Assembly (NCBI RefSeq): GCF_006345805.1 | Contig: NC_043014.1 | Coordinates: 20,336,001 to 20,400,000 of the forward strand | Length of the DNA: 64,000 nucleotides | Direction of reading: 5' to 3' | DNA from: Octopus sinensis | Lineage: Eukaryota | In this document: positions 28,603 to 42,303 of the stretch, one piece after another | Position numbering within the stretch: the stretch's first letter is position 1 | Layout: each line of letters starts with the position of its first letter | The notes under the pieces: generated by a model | Seen by the model: only the letters and a program-made list of their open reading frames with translations | What the model was told of the DNA's origin: nothing | Databases searched by the model: none | Made by a program: the position numbers and the translations under genes

Positions 28603-28898
28603 CAGTGACAACAGGATCAATTTGAAAGCAGAAGAAAAATAAACAACTATGACGATTTGAAGTGGGAAATACGAAGATTGTGGTCAATGAAGAGAGTAGA
28701 CGTGATAGTAATTGGTGCACTTGGAAGTATCAGCACTGACCTACCAATATGGTTGAAAAAGATCGGTGCAAGTGGGAAGGTAGAACACCTGCAAAAATCA
28801 GCATTGTTTGAAACTGCAAGAATTGTTCGCAAGGTTCTTAAAGCATGTCCAGTGAACAAGAATCACTATAGTCTGACACTTTCCAGCATACCCAGCAA
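28603..28898 (+). mobile_element. 5'-truncated LINE, C-terminal restriction-like endonuclease region (R4/Dong/NeSL/CRE type)
   Basis: KAEEK*NNYDDLKWEIRRLWSMKRVDVIVIGALG...HLQKSALFETARIVRKVL fits the E..K..KY..L..E / VIGALG / LQK C-terminus of RLE LINEs. Confidence 0.75.
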
Positions 28899-29025
28899 AA
28901 TGTGTGTGTGTGTGTATGCGTGTCTGTGTGTGCCTGTGTGCGTGTGTCTCTATGTGTGTACATGTGTGTCTGTGTGTATGTTTGTACCCATGTGTATCTG
29001 TGTGTGTTTGTTTACCCACGTGCGT

Positions 29026-29100
<75 letters not shown>

Positions 29101-30769
29101 TGTGTGCGCGCGTATTTACGAGTGTATGTTAGGGTATTCTGTAGTTTCTCAGAAAGTTCCGTATTTTCAGAATTTTTATATTGATAAATTTCATACAGAT
29201 TTCTTAATTCAAGACAGCCATAAGGAAAGTTAAAAAATCAAAAATATTCTGAGTATTACCTTCATGTCACATTTTTGGTTTATTTCGGATTAAGACAGAC
29301 ATCAGTGATATCGGAGAGATCCGGCACGCCGCTGCAACAAGCCTAATTAAATACGGTGTGTTACCAATTCGAGGGGTATCGCTAGTGAGGGCAACACATG
29401 GTCCACCCTAAACAAAATCACGCGAAGTCCATCTGTGGCTGACAACGTCGGCAATTTCGGAATATTTCATCCCATATGGTTTTCCTTTTCGTTAAGAGAT
29501 GATAGGGTGTGATTTGAAAATATATTAGTTGCTCTTTTTACCAAACCAGTTGAGAACGTAGAACTTAAAGAGTAACCCGATTCCTATATTTTCGTTCGTT
29601 TCGCTCTGATCCACTATAACTATGTTCAAACAGAATCCAGTCGTGACCATTCATGTTTTGTCGCTATTTTGCGGACTACATTATCCAATGTATTTTTCCT
29701 ATTTAATATGATATGCAGCTGTTTGCGAGCTGATTTTTAAAAATAAGCTTGCTTAAGCGGGAAGGGCAGCAGGAAGGAGAAAGTTTTCCTCAGACTGGAA
29801 TCCTGATCTAAATATTTGCAATAAATTAGACTCTGTTAAACAGAACCCAAGAGAAGGTGGATGCATTAAACAGGATGGTTAAATAAATCTATCACCCAGG
29901 AATAGGAACTATCTTTCAGACAGGCTTCCAAACAATTCCCATTCATTAAATTTCACTCGCACGATTTTACTCTTTTTCTCAACACAACTCTAAGATATAA
30001 GATACCTGCCCAAAATACCACACTGTGGAATCAAACTCAAGATGATGTAGTGGCAAAGCGAACGTCTTAACCAGGCAGTCATATATGCGGTCATTTTATC
30101 AGATCAAGTAAGAACAGGATTTTCCTTATGCGATCTTCCATATTATTGTTGTTCTTAATTAACTGTGAAAGAATTCCCAGTTATGTCCATCACCTGTTTT
30201 TATATTTCCAGGTCTACACTCTACAATGTTTTGATAGTTTTTCTTCTAAGACGGTAGGCTATGATTTCGGAGAGACTCAGCTGTTGTTTCTACCAAGTCG
30301 ATCGAGAGCTTACTGTTCGGTTCGATGGATTTGATCGTTATATCGTTTAAAGTTCCAAATTAATAGCTGTTATTTTAATTACGACTTTTTCCCGCCAAAG
30401 ATATCAACAATCTCCATATTGTTAACATGGCTGGTGAGGAGAAAAGTTGTGATTAACCTAACATCCAATAAAATGGAACTTTATAATTAAAATAAGGATT
30501 TTTTGGTGCTAATTTCTCTGATGAAGTTATTGAGGAATGTTAAAACGAATTCTATGTTGCGTTTTTCTATTACATTGAAGACATTGCAGTACTGGTTGTT
30601 GTTGTTGTTGTTGCTGACGTTTATGGTGCTGTGATTGTTAGTTTTTGTTGTTTTTGCTTTTATTAGCGTTGTCCTTGATGCTGTTGTAGCTGATTTCATT
30701 GAATTTTGTTGTTGATACTCTTGTAATTCTTTTTCTTGTGCCTTTATCATCGTTGTTGTTCGTATTGTA

Positions 30770-31269
30770 GTTGGTGGTAGTGGCGGTGGTGGCGCTGCTG
30801 CAGTTTTTTCGTTTGTGATGCTAAAGTGACAGCGTTTTATAGATATTTTTGTTATTGTCAGTGTTGTTGTTTGAATGGCTATTGTTGTTGGCTGGTTTGA
30901 TGTATGATATTAATGATGATGATGATGATGATGATGATGTTGCTGTCGTGGTTGTTGTTGGTGACGGTGGTGGTAACGGTGGCTGTGGTGGTGAGGTGGT
31001 GTTTGTGTATCTCGAGTTTTGTTGCGTTTGAACATATTGATCTTGTTATTGTCAATGTCACATTTTTATCTCTTCCACTGCGTTGTTGCAGTTGAATCTG
31101 ACGACAAAGGTGAGGATGACATTGACAAGGACGGATATGAAGACGGTGAGGGCGATGAAGAAGGGGAGTGCAACGGTGAAGATTCTGATAGACGTTGTTG
31201 TTGATGATGATGATGATGATGATGCTGATGACGACGACGACGACGAAGACGACGAGGATAATGATGATG

Positions 31270-31326
<57 letters not shown>

Positions 31327-32175
31327 GTGATGGCGATGATGGCGATGATGATAATGCGAAGGTAGAGGAGAAGGCAGAGGAAGAGGAGGAGGAGGAGGGG
31401 GAAGAGGAAAAGAGGGAGGAGGGGGAAGAGGGGAGGAAGAGGAAAAGGAGGAGGAGGAGGTGGGATATTGATGACGATGATGGTGATGTTATCGATGGCG
31501 ACGATGACGTTATTGATGGCGAAGATGATGATGACGATGAAGCTTCTGGTTATGGCTATGAAACTGAGACCAATGACGACGATGACGAAGTCGATGATGG
31601 TGACAGTGGAGAAGGATTAAATAAGAGCAGTGAAGAACGATTCTTGCCTCTGAACTCACAGCAGTTAGAGACAGTTGTGGTGTGTGGATGTGTCTGTATA
31701 TGTATTTGTGTAAGTGAACCCTGTGTACGTGCGTTTGTGTGTGTGTATGTTACAAGGAGTAGAGCAAAGTGACTTCAGAAACACTTGTCTTGGTACAATT
31801 TGCTTCTAGACAGTCAGCTCTGCTGCTCTCCATGACGCCAGCAACTGTTATCTGCGACTGTTTTACAAGAAAAAATCTCAAATAAAGAAGCCAACACAGC
31901 ATGACACTCACACGCAATCACACACGTATATTACGGTAGACGCAGTGGTGGTATTGGTGATATGATGATGTTGATGATGATGATGATGAGGAGGAGGAGG
32001 AGGAGGAAAGAAGGAGGATAACGATGATGATGATGACGACGACGACGAGTGCGACGACAAATGCGTGGCGAGGACGATGTTGATGAGGATGATGAAAATG
32101 ATGATGATAATCATGACACCGATTACGACGACGACGAGGATGATGAAAATGATGATGATGATGATGATGATGATA

Positions 32176-32211
<36 letters not shown>

Positions 32212-32225
32212 TTGATTATGATGAT
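30770..32225. repeat. Complex trinucleotide region (GAT/GAC/GAG/GGT)n
   Basis: Imperfect tandem triplets; these explain the poly-D/E/H/M ORFs. Confidence 0.9.
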
Positions 32226-32463
32226 GGTGTGTCTGTGTGCTCGCGCGCAGTATGTAGGGCAAAATTCGTGCACCAAGATTTAAATTAATGTAACTTATCT
32301 CGATTTTCATAATATTTAAGAGATTGGGAGAACTCCGAGCGGAATGGGACGCCAGTCCCTCACTATGTCGGGTCAAGTATCGAACCTCTACCTAACAATT
32401 GAGAACTCAGCACTAAACCACTACATCATGTACTTTCTCCCACACACATCCATCTCTCTCTCT

Positions 32464-32508
<45 letters not shown>

Positions 32509-33355
32509 AACACTTATACTATTTTGTATGATGCATGTATGTATGTAAGTATGTATGTATGTATGTATGTATGTATGTATGTATGTATGTATGTATGTAT
32601 GTATGTATGTATGTATGTATGTATGTATGTATGTATGTATGTATGCATTATGTATGTTCGTGTGAGAAAGCATGTCATAGTGTGGTATTAATCACTTCCT
32701 CAGCTATCTTTCTTTTGTATGCCAATATCATTTCCTTTGCTGCAACCCAAATGCTGAATCTCTATTTTGCTACTCTACTCACCTTTCTGAATGTTGTCAT
32801 TCTGTTTCGCATCTGTTTGGCTTTCTCTACTACTATCAATTTCATTTTTACTTTATCTTTCTCATCACTTTCGTGCCTCCCTCTTTGTACATATCCCCCT
32901 CCCATGTTTTTTCTTCTTTGTGACATTCACATACTACCAGCACCTTGCCCACTTTTTGCCCACTTTTTCTTTCTCTCTTCCTCTTGAAATCAATAGCAAA
33001 TTGATAATTTTCGCAGACTCAACAAATTTAGATATGCCACTGATTATATCATTATTAATTTTAGTTGGAAGACTCATTTCGTGGGTGCGAATACAAAATT
33101 ACAATCACTACCAAATTTAGTCTTCTCTTTTCCAAGAAATTGACAACAAAAGATGTTCCCTTCAATAATTCGACATAAAGGAGACGATTTGGCACACGCA
33201 TACATCTTTATTTAGTTTACAATTTAGATTCGCCTTAATCAAACCGTTTGCATTATATGTGCAGAGCTTCAACACCTATGCAAAGAGTAAGGATTATTCC
33301 CCGTTGCTAAAACGAGGTTTTTCATGTTCCCAGTAGTATCCTGAGAAGATAATAA

Positions 33356-33637
33356 TTCGCGAAGTGGACGAGCTCAAAATGTTATAGCATATATTGTCAG
33401 GGTAGACAAGATAGCTCTGCTGGATTGAACAGAATAATCCAAGACGAGCGTTATGGAAATGTAGCAGTGGTACTATCAGACCCAGTTGTTGAACCGAACC
33501 TGAAAAAAGTGAATAACTTCTTATTTGCGTTAAACCACCATGGCTTTGAAACAATTAAGATCTTCAAAGTGTCTGTAATCAATGTTTTGATGGGGTCAGT
33601 TGTCAGATCATTTTATCAAGACTTTGCTAGCATTTAA
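33356..33637. other. Non-repetitive island with open frames on both strands (possible exon)
   Basis: Plus frame is stop-free for 93 codons (LNRIIQDERYGNVAVVLSDPVVEP...); minus strand has a TTCACTTTTTTCAG acceptor and an open frame. Unresolved. Confidence 0.2.
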
Positions 33638-34269
33638 ACATATATATATATAATGTATACAATTTTAAACCACTAAATAGTGGGATTATTTAAAAAGTAT
33701 GCATTTTCGCGTGACCTTTCAATTTTAATTCTTTACATAAAAAACTCCAGAGATAATTATAATCTAATCTATTAAAGAACAGACTACCAATTTGAGCTCA
33801 GCTTTATAAGTGACATGCACGAAATTCTTGGCACTGTCAATTAAAAATAATTAGATACAGGATGAGAGTGGTATCTGAGGATACTTAACTATCAATGGAA
33901 CCACTTGAGATGTTTTGCTCCTTTCAGATCCCCCATGGCAGATAAATTTCTTACACAAGAAATTAAATGACATAGAATCATTGCTGTTATATGTGCGGAA
34001 CACAGCGATTTTTTTATTGTTGACTTTTTTTTTTTGCTTTTCAATTCCAGAATCTTCTTACTGTTTTATTGACAACGTGTTTTTTTACAGGGAGAAAAGA
34101 GAAAAGACAAAAAAATATTATATGAATAAAAGATCAAATTATCGAGAAAAAGAAATCCATAACTACATCACCAAGAAAACAAAGAAAAACATAAAATTCG
34201 GGTTGAGTTAGAAGCGTCTGGCGAGACTGTTACAGATGTATCAAAGATAAAAACATTCTAAGCGTTCAG

Positions 34270-35190
34270 ATACTGCAATTCATCACTCGGGTTCAAAAAA
34301 TTACCGATATTGATTCCGAAAAATAATGAGGACCATCGCTAAAAAACTTCAGATGCCAGAGTGGAGTATTAGAAGAGTGGTGTATGAATATATTCGGTAC
34401 ATTCCGAATGTCTTTGTGAGAAGAGATCAATTCATGTTCGCAAAGACAGAAAAAACGTTTGATCCGTATCAAGCGGCCACTTACCAAGATTTAAAACTCT
34501 GGAACATGCCATGTTTTGGATTTTCTCTGATGAAAAAAGACTAAGACCAAGATCTAAAAGCAGAATAGAAGAAATGACAGATGATTATATGCAGATCCTT
34601 CTAATGTCAGAGAGTGATGCACGTTAGGTTTCTAGCATCTGTGATTGTTTCCCGAATAGTAAGTAATGAAGGTAATACCATACCAACTCACATCTTTCCA
34701 CATGGCCTCGGAATTAATGCAACTGGATGCGCTGAGGTGCAGGGGAGAGAGTTAAGCCCTGGATGTATGAAGTGGTAGAACATATGTGTTTCAACAAGAC
34801 AGAGCACCACCTCACAAGGCTCACGTAACCCAAAATAGATATCAGACTCATTACGAGCACGTAGCACCGAATTTGTGACCTCCAAACTCGCCAAGTTTTA
34901 AGGCCATGTGCCACTTCGACTAAAGTATTGTTGAAAAGGAGGATAATTGACAGCCTCATAATATCATAGCTTCGCTGAAGTCCTCATGTTGTACGGACCA
35001 TTTTGTGTAAGCGTCTCAATGATTTTGATCCGATGAAGTCATCGAAATTGCAGGTGGATTCATAGAAGAATCTAATAAGAAAGCTTATTGCAAATATGTG
35101 TACAAAGTTTTATTAAAATACGTTTGTTTTTGTTAGATTAGAGCTGTTTCATAAAATTACGGATTATGTTCTCATATACCTCTCACACCA
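34270..35190 (+). pseudogene. Tc1/mariner-superfamily transposase relic, maT/DD37D-like
   Basis: Across frameshifts: MRTIAKKLQMPEWSIRRVV, WIFSDEK, HIFPHGL, VKPW, FQQDRAPPHKA, PPNSP, IEIAGGFIE*. Confidence 0.8.
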
Positions 35191-35251
35191 TATATACATA
35201 CTCATATGTTATGTTTTATTTATTCTCTTTCTTCTACATAGAGACGTCGTA

Positions 35252-35288
<37 letters not shown>

Positions 35289-35301
35289 AAGAGAGAGAGA
35301 A

Positions 35302-35990
<689 letters not shown>

Positions 35991-36829
35991 ATATATTCAA
36001 ACGCATTCATATATATATGCATATATAAACATGCGCAACAATCTTTGATCTCTTTCGACGGAATATAACTTGTACAATTTTATGTCCATAATGAAATCTA
36101 TTGCCACACACCTTGACATGCATTATTCGCTTTTCGCCTTCCTTTCTCCCATTTACTTCATCTTTCATTCAATATTTTCTCTGCCTCTTTCTCTCTTCTT
36201 TCTCTCTCTCTCTCTCTCTTTCTCTCTCTACCTATAAATTTATTACTTTTGTATCTATACATCACTATGTGTTTCACTTAGAGACTCTCTTTAACGGATG
36301 CACTCAGACACACACACACACTCTCCCTCACTCTTTCTTTCGCTCTCCATCTCTCTTTCTCCCTCTCTCTCTTTTCCTCTCTATGTCTTCCTTTAATAAC
36401 ACCATAGGTTCTTTGAACCTGCCAATATACCAAAAGTAGGTCGTGTTCTTGGTATAGTTATACCTACGTACAGCAGTAATAACAGTGGTAGAAGTAGTAG
36501 CAGTAGCAGCAGCACCCAATTTAGCTGCAGTATATGCAACACTGACATAATCTAATTTCCCACTAAAACTCATGTTCAGTATTATGAAAATTTCATTCCA
36601 GTTGTTTGGTCATTAATGTGTATTCATAAATGCATAATACAGCGACTTTGGGTAATATATATGCATGTAAGTGTGTATGTATTTTTGAATGTATGTATGC
36701 ATGTGCGTATGTATGTGTGTTTCTGTACTGATATGTGTATGCATATATGTACTGACGAATATACATACATGTAATTGCAAATGTGCGAAAAAAATCAGTA
36801 GAACGTTCAAACTTTCATATATATATATA

Positions 36830-36868
<39 letters not shown>

Positions 36869-36959
36869 TATATTCTTAGTGGTAAGACCATTGCGGATAT
36901 ATTTCTAACATAATAAGGGTGTCCACACAGTTGTTTCCCTCTAATATGTATATATATAT

Positions 36960-36993
<34 letters not shown>

Positions 36994-37004
36994 CATATAT
37001 ATAT

Positions 37005-37080
<76 letters not shown>

Positions 37081-37087
37081 GAACCGT

Positions 37088-37378
37088 GGAGGCGCAATGG
37101 CCCAGTGGTTAGGGCAGCGGACTCGGTTGTAGGATCGTGGGGTTTCGATCCTCAGACCAAGCGTTGTGAGTATTTATTGAGTGAAAACACCCAAGGCTCC
37201 ACGATTCTCCGGTAGAGGATGGTGGCGATCCCTGCTGTACTCTTTCGCCATAACTTTCTCTCACTCCTTCTTCTGTTGGCCTGCTCGCTTAGCCAGCAGG
37301 GTGGCGTCATTTGAAGGCTAAAACAATGCGAAGCGCATTGTGACTAGCGATGTATAGCAATATCTGATAGCCTGGTCG
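37088..37378 (+). mobile_element. SINE family C (tRNA-like head)
   Basis: GGAGGCGCAATGGCCCAGTGGTTAGGGC...GGTTTCGATCC; homologous to 49081-49379. Confidence 0.85.
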
Positions 37379-37429
37379 GATTTTATTATTGAAACTTGAA
37401 AATTTATCCAGGACACTCGCTGACGAGAC

Positions 37430-37581
37430 AAATGTGGAATCACGAGGGGAATAAAAGGAGCCCCAGTTTTTACGAACCTAATAATGGGGTATTAATATTT
37501 AACTACATATGAAGTATCACTACAAAAATATAGATACCCATTTTACCAACTGGAATGAGACCATTGATAAACTACTAAATA
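37430..37581 (+). pseudogene. Penelope-like RT fragment, left of the mariner insertion
   Basis: CGITRGIKGAPVFTNLIMGY resembles the PLE RT motif G..MG...AP.YANL.MG; ...DKLLN rejoins SINPNIQFT at 38799. Confidence 0.65.
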
Positions 37582-38796
37582 CAGGCTGAGTAAAAAGTAA
37601 GCAGCGTTTGAACCATGAAATTCATAACAATATATTTCAACAATGCGAAAATTCTATTCATCAAAACTTATTTTGATGAATAGAATTTTCGCATTACAAT
37701 CATTACAATCAACACATTTTTGCCAACGAGTTACATGTTTGTTTATTTCGGTAAGATAAAATCTGAAGGTCTGGAGCTGATGAACTCTTTGAACGCTCTT
37801 TCAGCATTGGTTTGAACTGCATCTCTCGCAGGAAACTGTCACAGTGCTTGAAAGAGTAATAGTCGGTAGGAGAAAGGTCTAGGGGAATAACCTGGCAGGA
37901 GAAGAACTTCGTAGCCAAGTTCCATCAATTTCTGAAGCTTCATTAGTGAACCGAGTGGTCGAGCATTGTCATGAAGTATGATATGATTAGTTCTCTTCTG
38001 TCGACCAGTCTTAGATGGAGGAGTAGCAGTTTTTCGTTCATTTTGGCCATTTAATGGCAATGTTTCTGCAGTAATTGTTCTTCCGGGTTTTAAGAAGTTA
38101 TAGTGAACGAGTCCTGCAGCATACCACCAAACAGTCACCATAACCTTCCTTTTGAAGAGCTCGCATTCAGAGAAGGATTTTGGTGCTTCATTTTGGTCCA
38201 ACCATTGCGAAGAACGATTTTTATTATTGTACATAATCCACTTTTCATCGCAAGTTACAATACGATCGAGAAATGGATCGGTCTGGTTAAGGAGAAGCGA
38301 CGAGTAAATTTCATTCAAATCGTGTGATACCCATTTGTCGAGCATTTTTGATTTTTCCACCGCATGCAAATTGTTGCAGGCAGTTTTCTGGCTAACTTGA
38401 AGTTCTTTTGCCAGTTCTCGGGTGGTTTACGTGAATATTTCTCATTGAGAGTCTTTAATTGACCGTCATCGATGACGTTTAAAGGATTTTCGAACTGACT
38501 ACGTACTGGTCTTTTCCTCAACAAACGTTTCGCTGATATCGCGAGCAGTTTCAGTTGCTTTACGTCCTTTTTTGAAAGTAAAGTTGCTCGAATATCGCGT
38601 TTTGACTTTTTCATTTTAGATTATTGTAACGATGGTGAACAAAATATCATTGTTAATCTATTGATACAATTGAGAAAGTCTATGTCTGTATTATCAGACA
38701 ATTGCAAAAAAAACTGTTTAAAAAATTCAAAACTCTGCAAAAACCTGGTACAAATTCTTCATGGTTCAAAACGTTGCTTGCTTTTTACTCAACCTG
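37582..38796 (-). mobile_element. Mariner element with both TIRs and a decayed transposase (ATG 38614)
   Basis: About 40-bp TIRs CAGGCTGAGTAAAAAGTAAGCAGCGTTTGAACCATGAA / TTCATGGTTCAAAACGTTGCTTGCTTTTTACTCAACCTG with TA flanks; WVSHDL, IVTCDEKW, HDNARP, YSP and DLSPTDY motifs. Confidence 0.92.
37642..37695. repeat. Perfect 25-bp inverted repeat with a 4-nt loop
   Basis: AATGCGAAAATTCTATTCATCAAAA-CTTA-TTTTGATGAATAGAATTTTCGCATT. Confidence 0.97.
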
Positions 38797-39945
38797 ATAG
38801 TATAAATCCAAATATTCAGTTTACAGTGGAATACAGCAAAGAACAATTCCAATTTCTAGATACTTTATTTTTTAAAAGTCAACAATCAAATTGTAACCGA
38901 TATTTGTCATAAACTAACGGACTCGAAGCAATATCTTCTGTTTAGTTCATGCTACTTGAAACACATCAAAAGAAACATTCCTTTTGATTTAGCGAAAAGG
39001 ATTTGAACAATAGTGTTTGATGCAAATACTCGGGACCATCGACTTGAACAACGCTAGTCGAGAGACACTTTCCACTCTCACTTATAGAATTAAATGTGTC
39101 AAGAAAATAGGCATAAAAATTCGAAGGGAAACAAAACGAGGCCCCAGACCTCAAAATAAAAATACTGCCTTGTATATCAACACACAACCCTAGAAACAAT
39201 GAGGCATACAACACCATTATTTAAAATCTATCAATGCTTAGTAGGGATTGAAAGATTAACCCCATTCTACATACACATAAATTTACCAAATGTAAAAAAA
39301 AAAACACAAATCACTAAAAAAACTACTGATAGATGCAACGGAATCAATAGTTAAAAACTGCAGACGTCCAAATTGTACAACATGCCTCAATCTACCGAAA
39401 GTTTCGGAATTCCATTTCAAAAAAAGGACAGGGATTCACAATAAAGACCAATTTCACTTGTAAATCCGAAAATCTAATATATGTGATAAATTTTTCAGGT
39501 TGTGGATACAACTATATCAGCCAAACAAGGATGTCACTTAGAGGGAGAACTTCACTGCATGACAGATCCGTTTCCCAAGTTATAGTCAGATACCATTGAG
39601 TCAACACACAGAGAGATGTTCAGGATAACTCCTACCAAACTTCATAGTTTTTCCAATTAACAATTTTTATACAAGAAAGATTAAATAACAAACATATATT
39701 TATTGAAAAATACAAACGACGCCAGAATATGAACGCATTTGTAAATATTTTTATTCATGAACGCGCTAAGCACATGCAACCACCGCTTTCTTCGCACATT
39801 CAAATTCTACCACAAATCCAAATGCCTAAACTACTACACAGTATATTTCCACAATACCCCTTAGTTAATTCCTAGTAATCTCATAAATTTATAAATCCTT
39901 ATCTGATCCCTCCTTCAGACTTGAAGATCATAATCATTTAATTAT
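38797..39945 (+). pseudogene. Penelope-like element: RT thumb, GIY-YIG endonuclease and 3' tail, decayed
   Basis: SINPNIQFTVEYSKEQFQFLD, NIPFDLAKRI, C..PNC.TC, NFTCKSENLIYVI.FSGCG..YISQT...LRGR...H; ends in a TA/TATG tract. Confidence 0.88.
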
Positions 39946-40347
39946 ATATACGTATGTATGTATGTATGTATGTATGTATGTTATGTATGTATGTATGTAT
40001 GTATGTATGTATCTATCTATCTATCTCTCTATCTATCTACCTATCTATCTATCTATGTATGCGTGGTATATGTACATATCTGTGCAGGTGGGATAATACA
40101 TATGGATACACGTATTCATATGTGCGTGTATGTACATATATGTATGTACATATGATATATATATACGCGTACGTATGTGTCCATATGTATGCATTATATA
40201 GGTGTATATATATTTGGATATATATACGTGTGTGTGCGCATAATAGTGTATTTATATTTAAATGCGTGTATATGCATGTGTTTACGTAGGTAGGTATGAA
40301 TGTATGCATGTGTATATGTATATACGTACGCGTAAATATACGTATGC

Positions 40348-40424
<77 letters not shown>

Positions 40425-40959
40425 GATTGTATGTATGCATATATGTATACATGCAAGTGGCTACATGTGAATATATATATGATTATAGGTATAAATATTT
40501 GATATAAACAAGGATTTATATACTGAGTATGTGTGGATATAGATATATTTACATATAACTGCCTCGATGCGTGTATGTGTATGTGTGTGTGTGTGTGAGT
40601 GTGTATAAATACACTCACATACTTTTATACGCGTGTGCGAGCCTGCATGCATGCATCTATGTATGCAAGAATTTTATATATACAAAAAATAGATGAAGTG
40701 ATATATAAAATTTCCCGAAAACAGCTGTAAGACCTCTTTATAAATGTTCTGAAAACATTCACTGCCTTGGATTTTTTATCTCATTCTGTTAGTTTTCATA
40801 TATATGCATGCTAATATATTACCTACGTTGGACTCCTCATTCGTATAATCATCGAACTTGGAACTTAACTATAGTCTGTCCATACTTACCCAGCATTATC
40901 TGACACTTTTGGGTTTTCTTGACACCATTACCTCTCATATCCTCGATATGCTACCAGCA

Positions 40960-41724
40960 TCCAAAACTGAATATTAAACTTACAGGATACACCGGTCCAC
41001 AGGGAATTTCAATCCCAGAGCCTAAGTCTGTGAGGGACCTGGGTATCGACATGAGTGATGATACCTCTTTCCAAGTGCACATTACCAGGATGGCGACAAA
41101 GTGCAGACGACTGGCAGGGTGGATCCTAAGAACATTCAGAACCAGAGATAAGGAAACCATGATGGTCTTCTGGCGGACATTCGTCCTCAGCCGCCTGGAT
41201 TACTGCTCACAGCTATGGTCACCCACCAGTGTAAAATTAACAAAGATTCACAAAGAAGATCGTCTCTTTGCAACAGCTCAGCTACTGGGAAAGGTTGAAA
41301 CAGCTAAGACTCTACTCCCTGGAGAGAAGACGGGAGAGGTATGCAGTAGTATATGTCTGGAAGATCCTGGAAGAAATTGTGCCAAATTTTGGCATTGTAA
41401 GCTACACCAATGCTAGAACGGGACGACACTGCATAGTGTCAAAGATCCCAGCATGCCATCACGCTTCAGGACCAGCTTCTACAACAGCCTGGGTTTCAAG
41501 GGCCCACAGCTTTTTAATGTTCTCCCAAAGTGTCTGAGGAACTTGCACAAAGTAGATGTAGCGGTTTTTAAATCAAAGCTGGACATCTTCCTGTCGAGAG
41601 TCCCAGATGAACCTACCTCACGGCAAGAGGTGCAAATGAGAGTAGCTATATCAAACTCCATTCTTCACCAAGTGCCACATATTAGAGGAGGCTCGGGATT
41701 TCCTGTAAGTGTACCATCTATTTG
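40960..41724 (+). mobile_element. 5'-truncated CR1-type LINE (ORF2 C-terminus)
   Basis: VRDLGI, GWILRTF, SRLDYCSQLWSP, LSYWERLKQLRLYSLERRRERY, GPQLFNVLP, FKSKLDIFL across frameshifts. Confidence 0.9.
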
Positions 41725-41727
41725 AAG

Positions 41728-42098
41728 GAACCACATGGTTCCGGGTTCAGTCCCACTGCGTGATACCTTGGGCAAGTGTCTTCTACTATAGCCTCGGACC
41801 GACCAAAGCCTTGTGAGTGCATTTGGTAGACGGAAACTGAAAGAAGCCCGTCGTATATATGTATATATATATGCGTGTGTGTGTTTGTGTGTCTATGTTT
41901 GTCCCCCTAGCATTGCTTGACAACCGATGCTGGTGTGTTTATGTCCCCATTACTTAGCGGTTCGGCAAAAGAGACCGATAGAATAAGTACTGGGCTTACA
42001 AAAAGAATAAGTCCCGGGGTCGAGTTGCTCGATTAAAGGCGGTGCTTCCGCATGGCCGCAGTCAAATGACTGAAACAAGTAAAAGAGTGAAAGAGAGT
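41728..42098 (+). mobile_element. SINE family A, head slightly truncated
   Basis: Family body and tail present. Confidence 0.85.
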
Positions 42099-42259
42099 AT
42101 ATACACAGATATAGATGTGGTTGTAGGGCAAGAAGCTTGCTTATGATACAGGATTCAGTCCCACTGCCTGCCACTCTGGGCAAGTGTCTTTTATTATAAA
42201 CTCGGGTCGACCAAAGCCCTCTGAATGGATTTAGTAGATGAAAACTGAAGAAATCCGTC

Positions 42260-42303
<44 letters not shown>

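Noticed and set aside
31083-31772. 229-aa acidic ORF, and similar poly-D/E/H/M ORFs to 32376
   Set aside because: Translation of imperfect trinucleotide repeats with no recognisable domain.
35025-35062. CCGATGAAGTCATCGAAA hammerhead-like string
   Set aside because: It encodes the transposase C-terminus (IEIAGGFIE) and has no stems.
37088-37160. tRNA-like sequences here and at 17268, 49310-49379, 56910 and 59217
   Set aside because: They continue into shared repeat bodies and I saw no complete cloverleaf; these are SINE heads.
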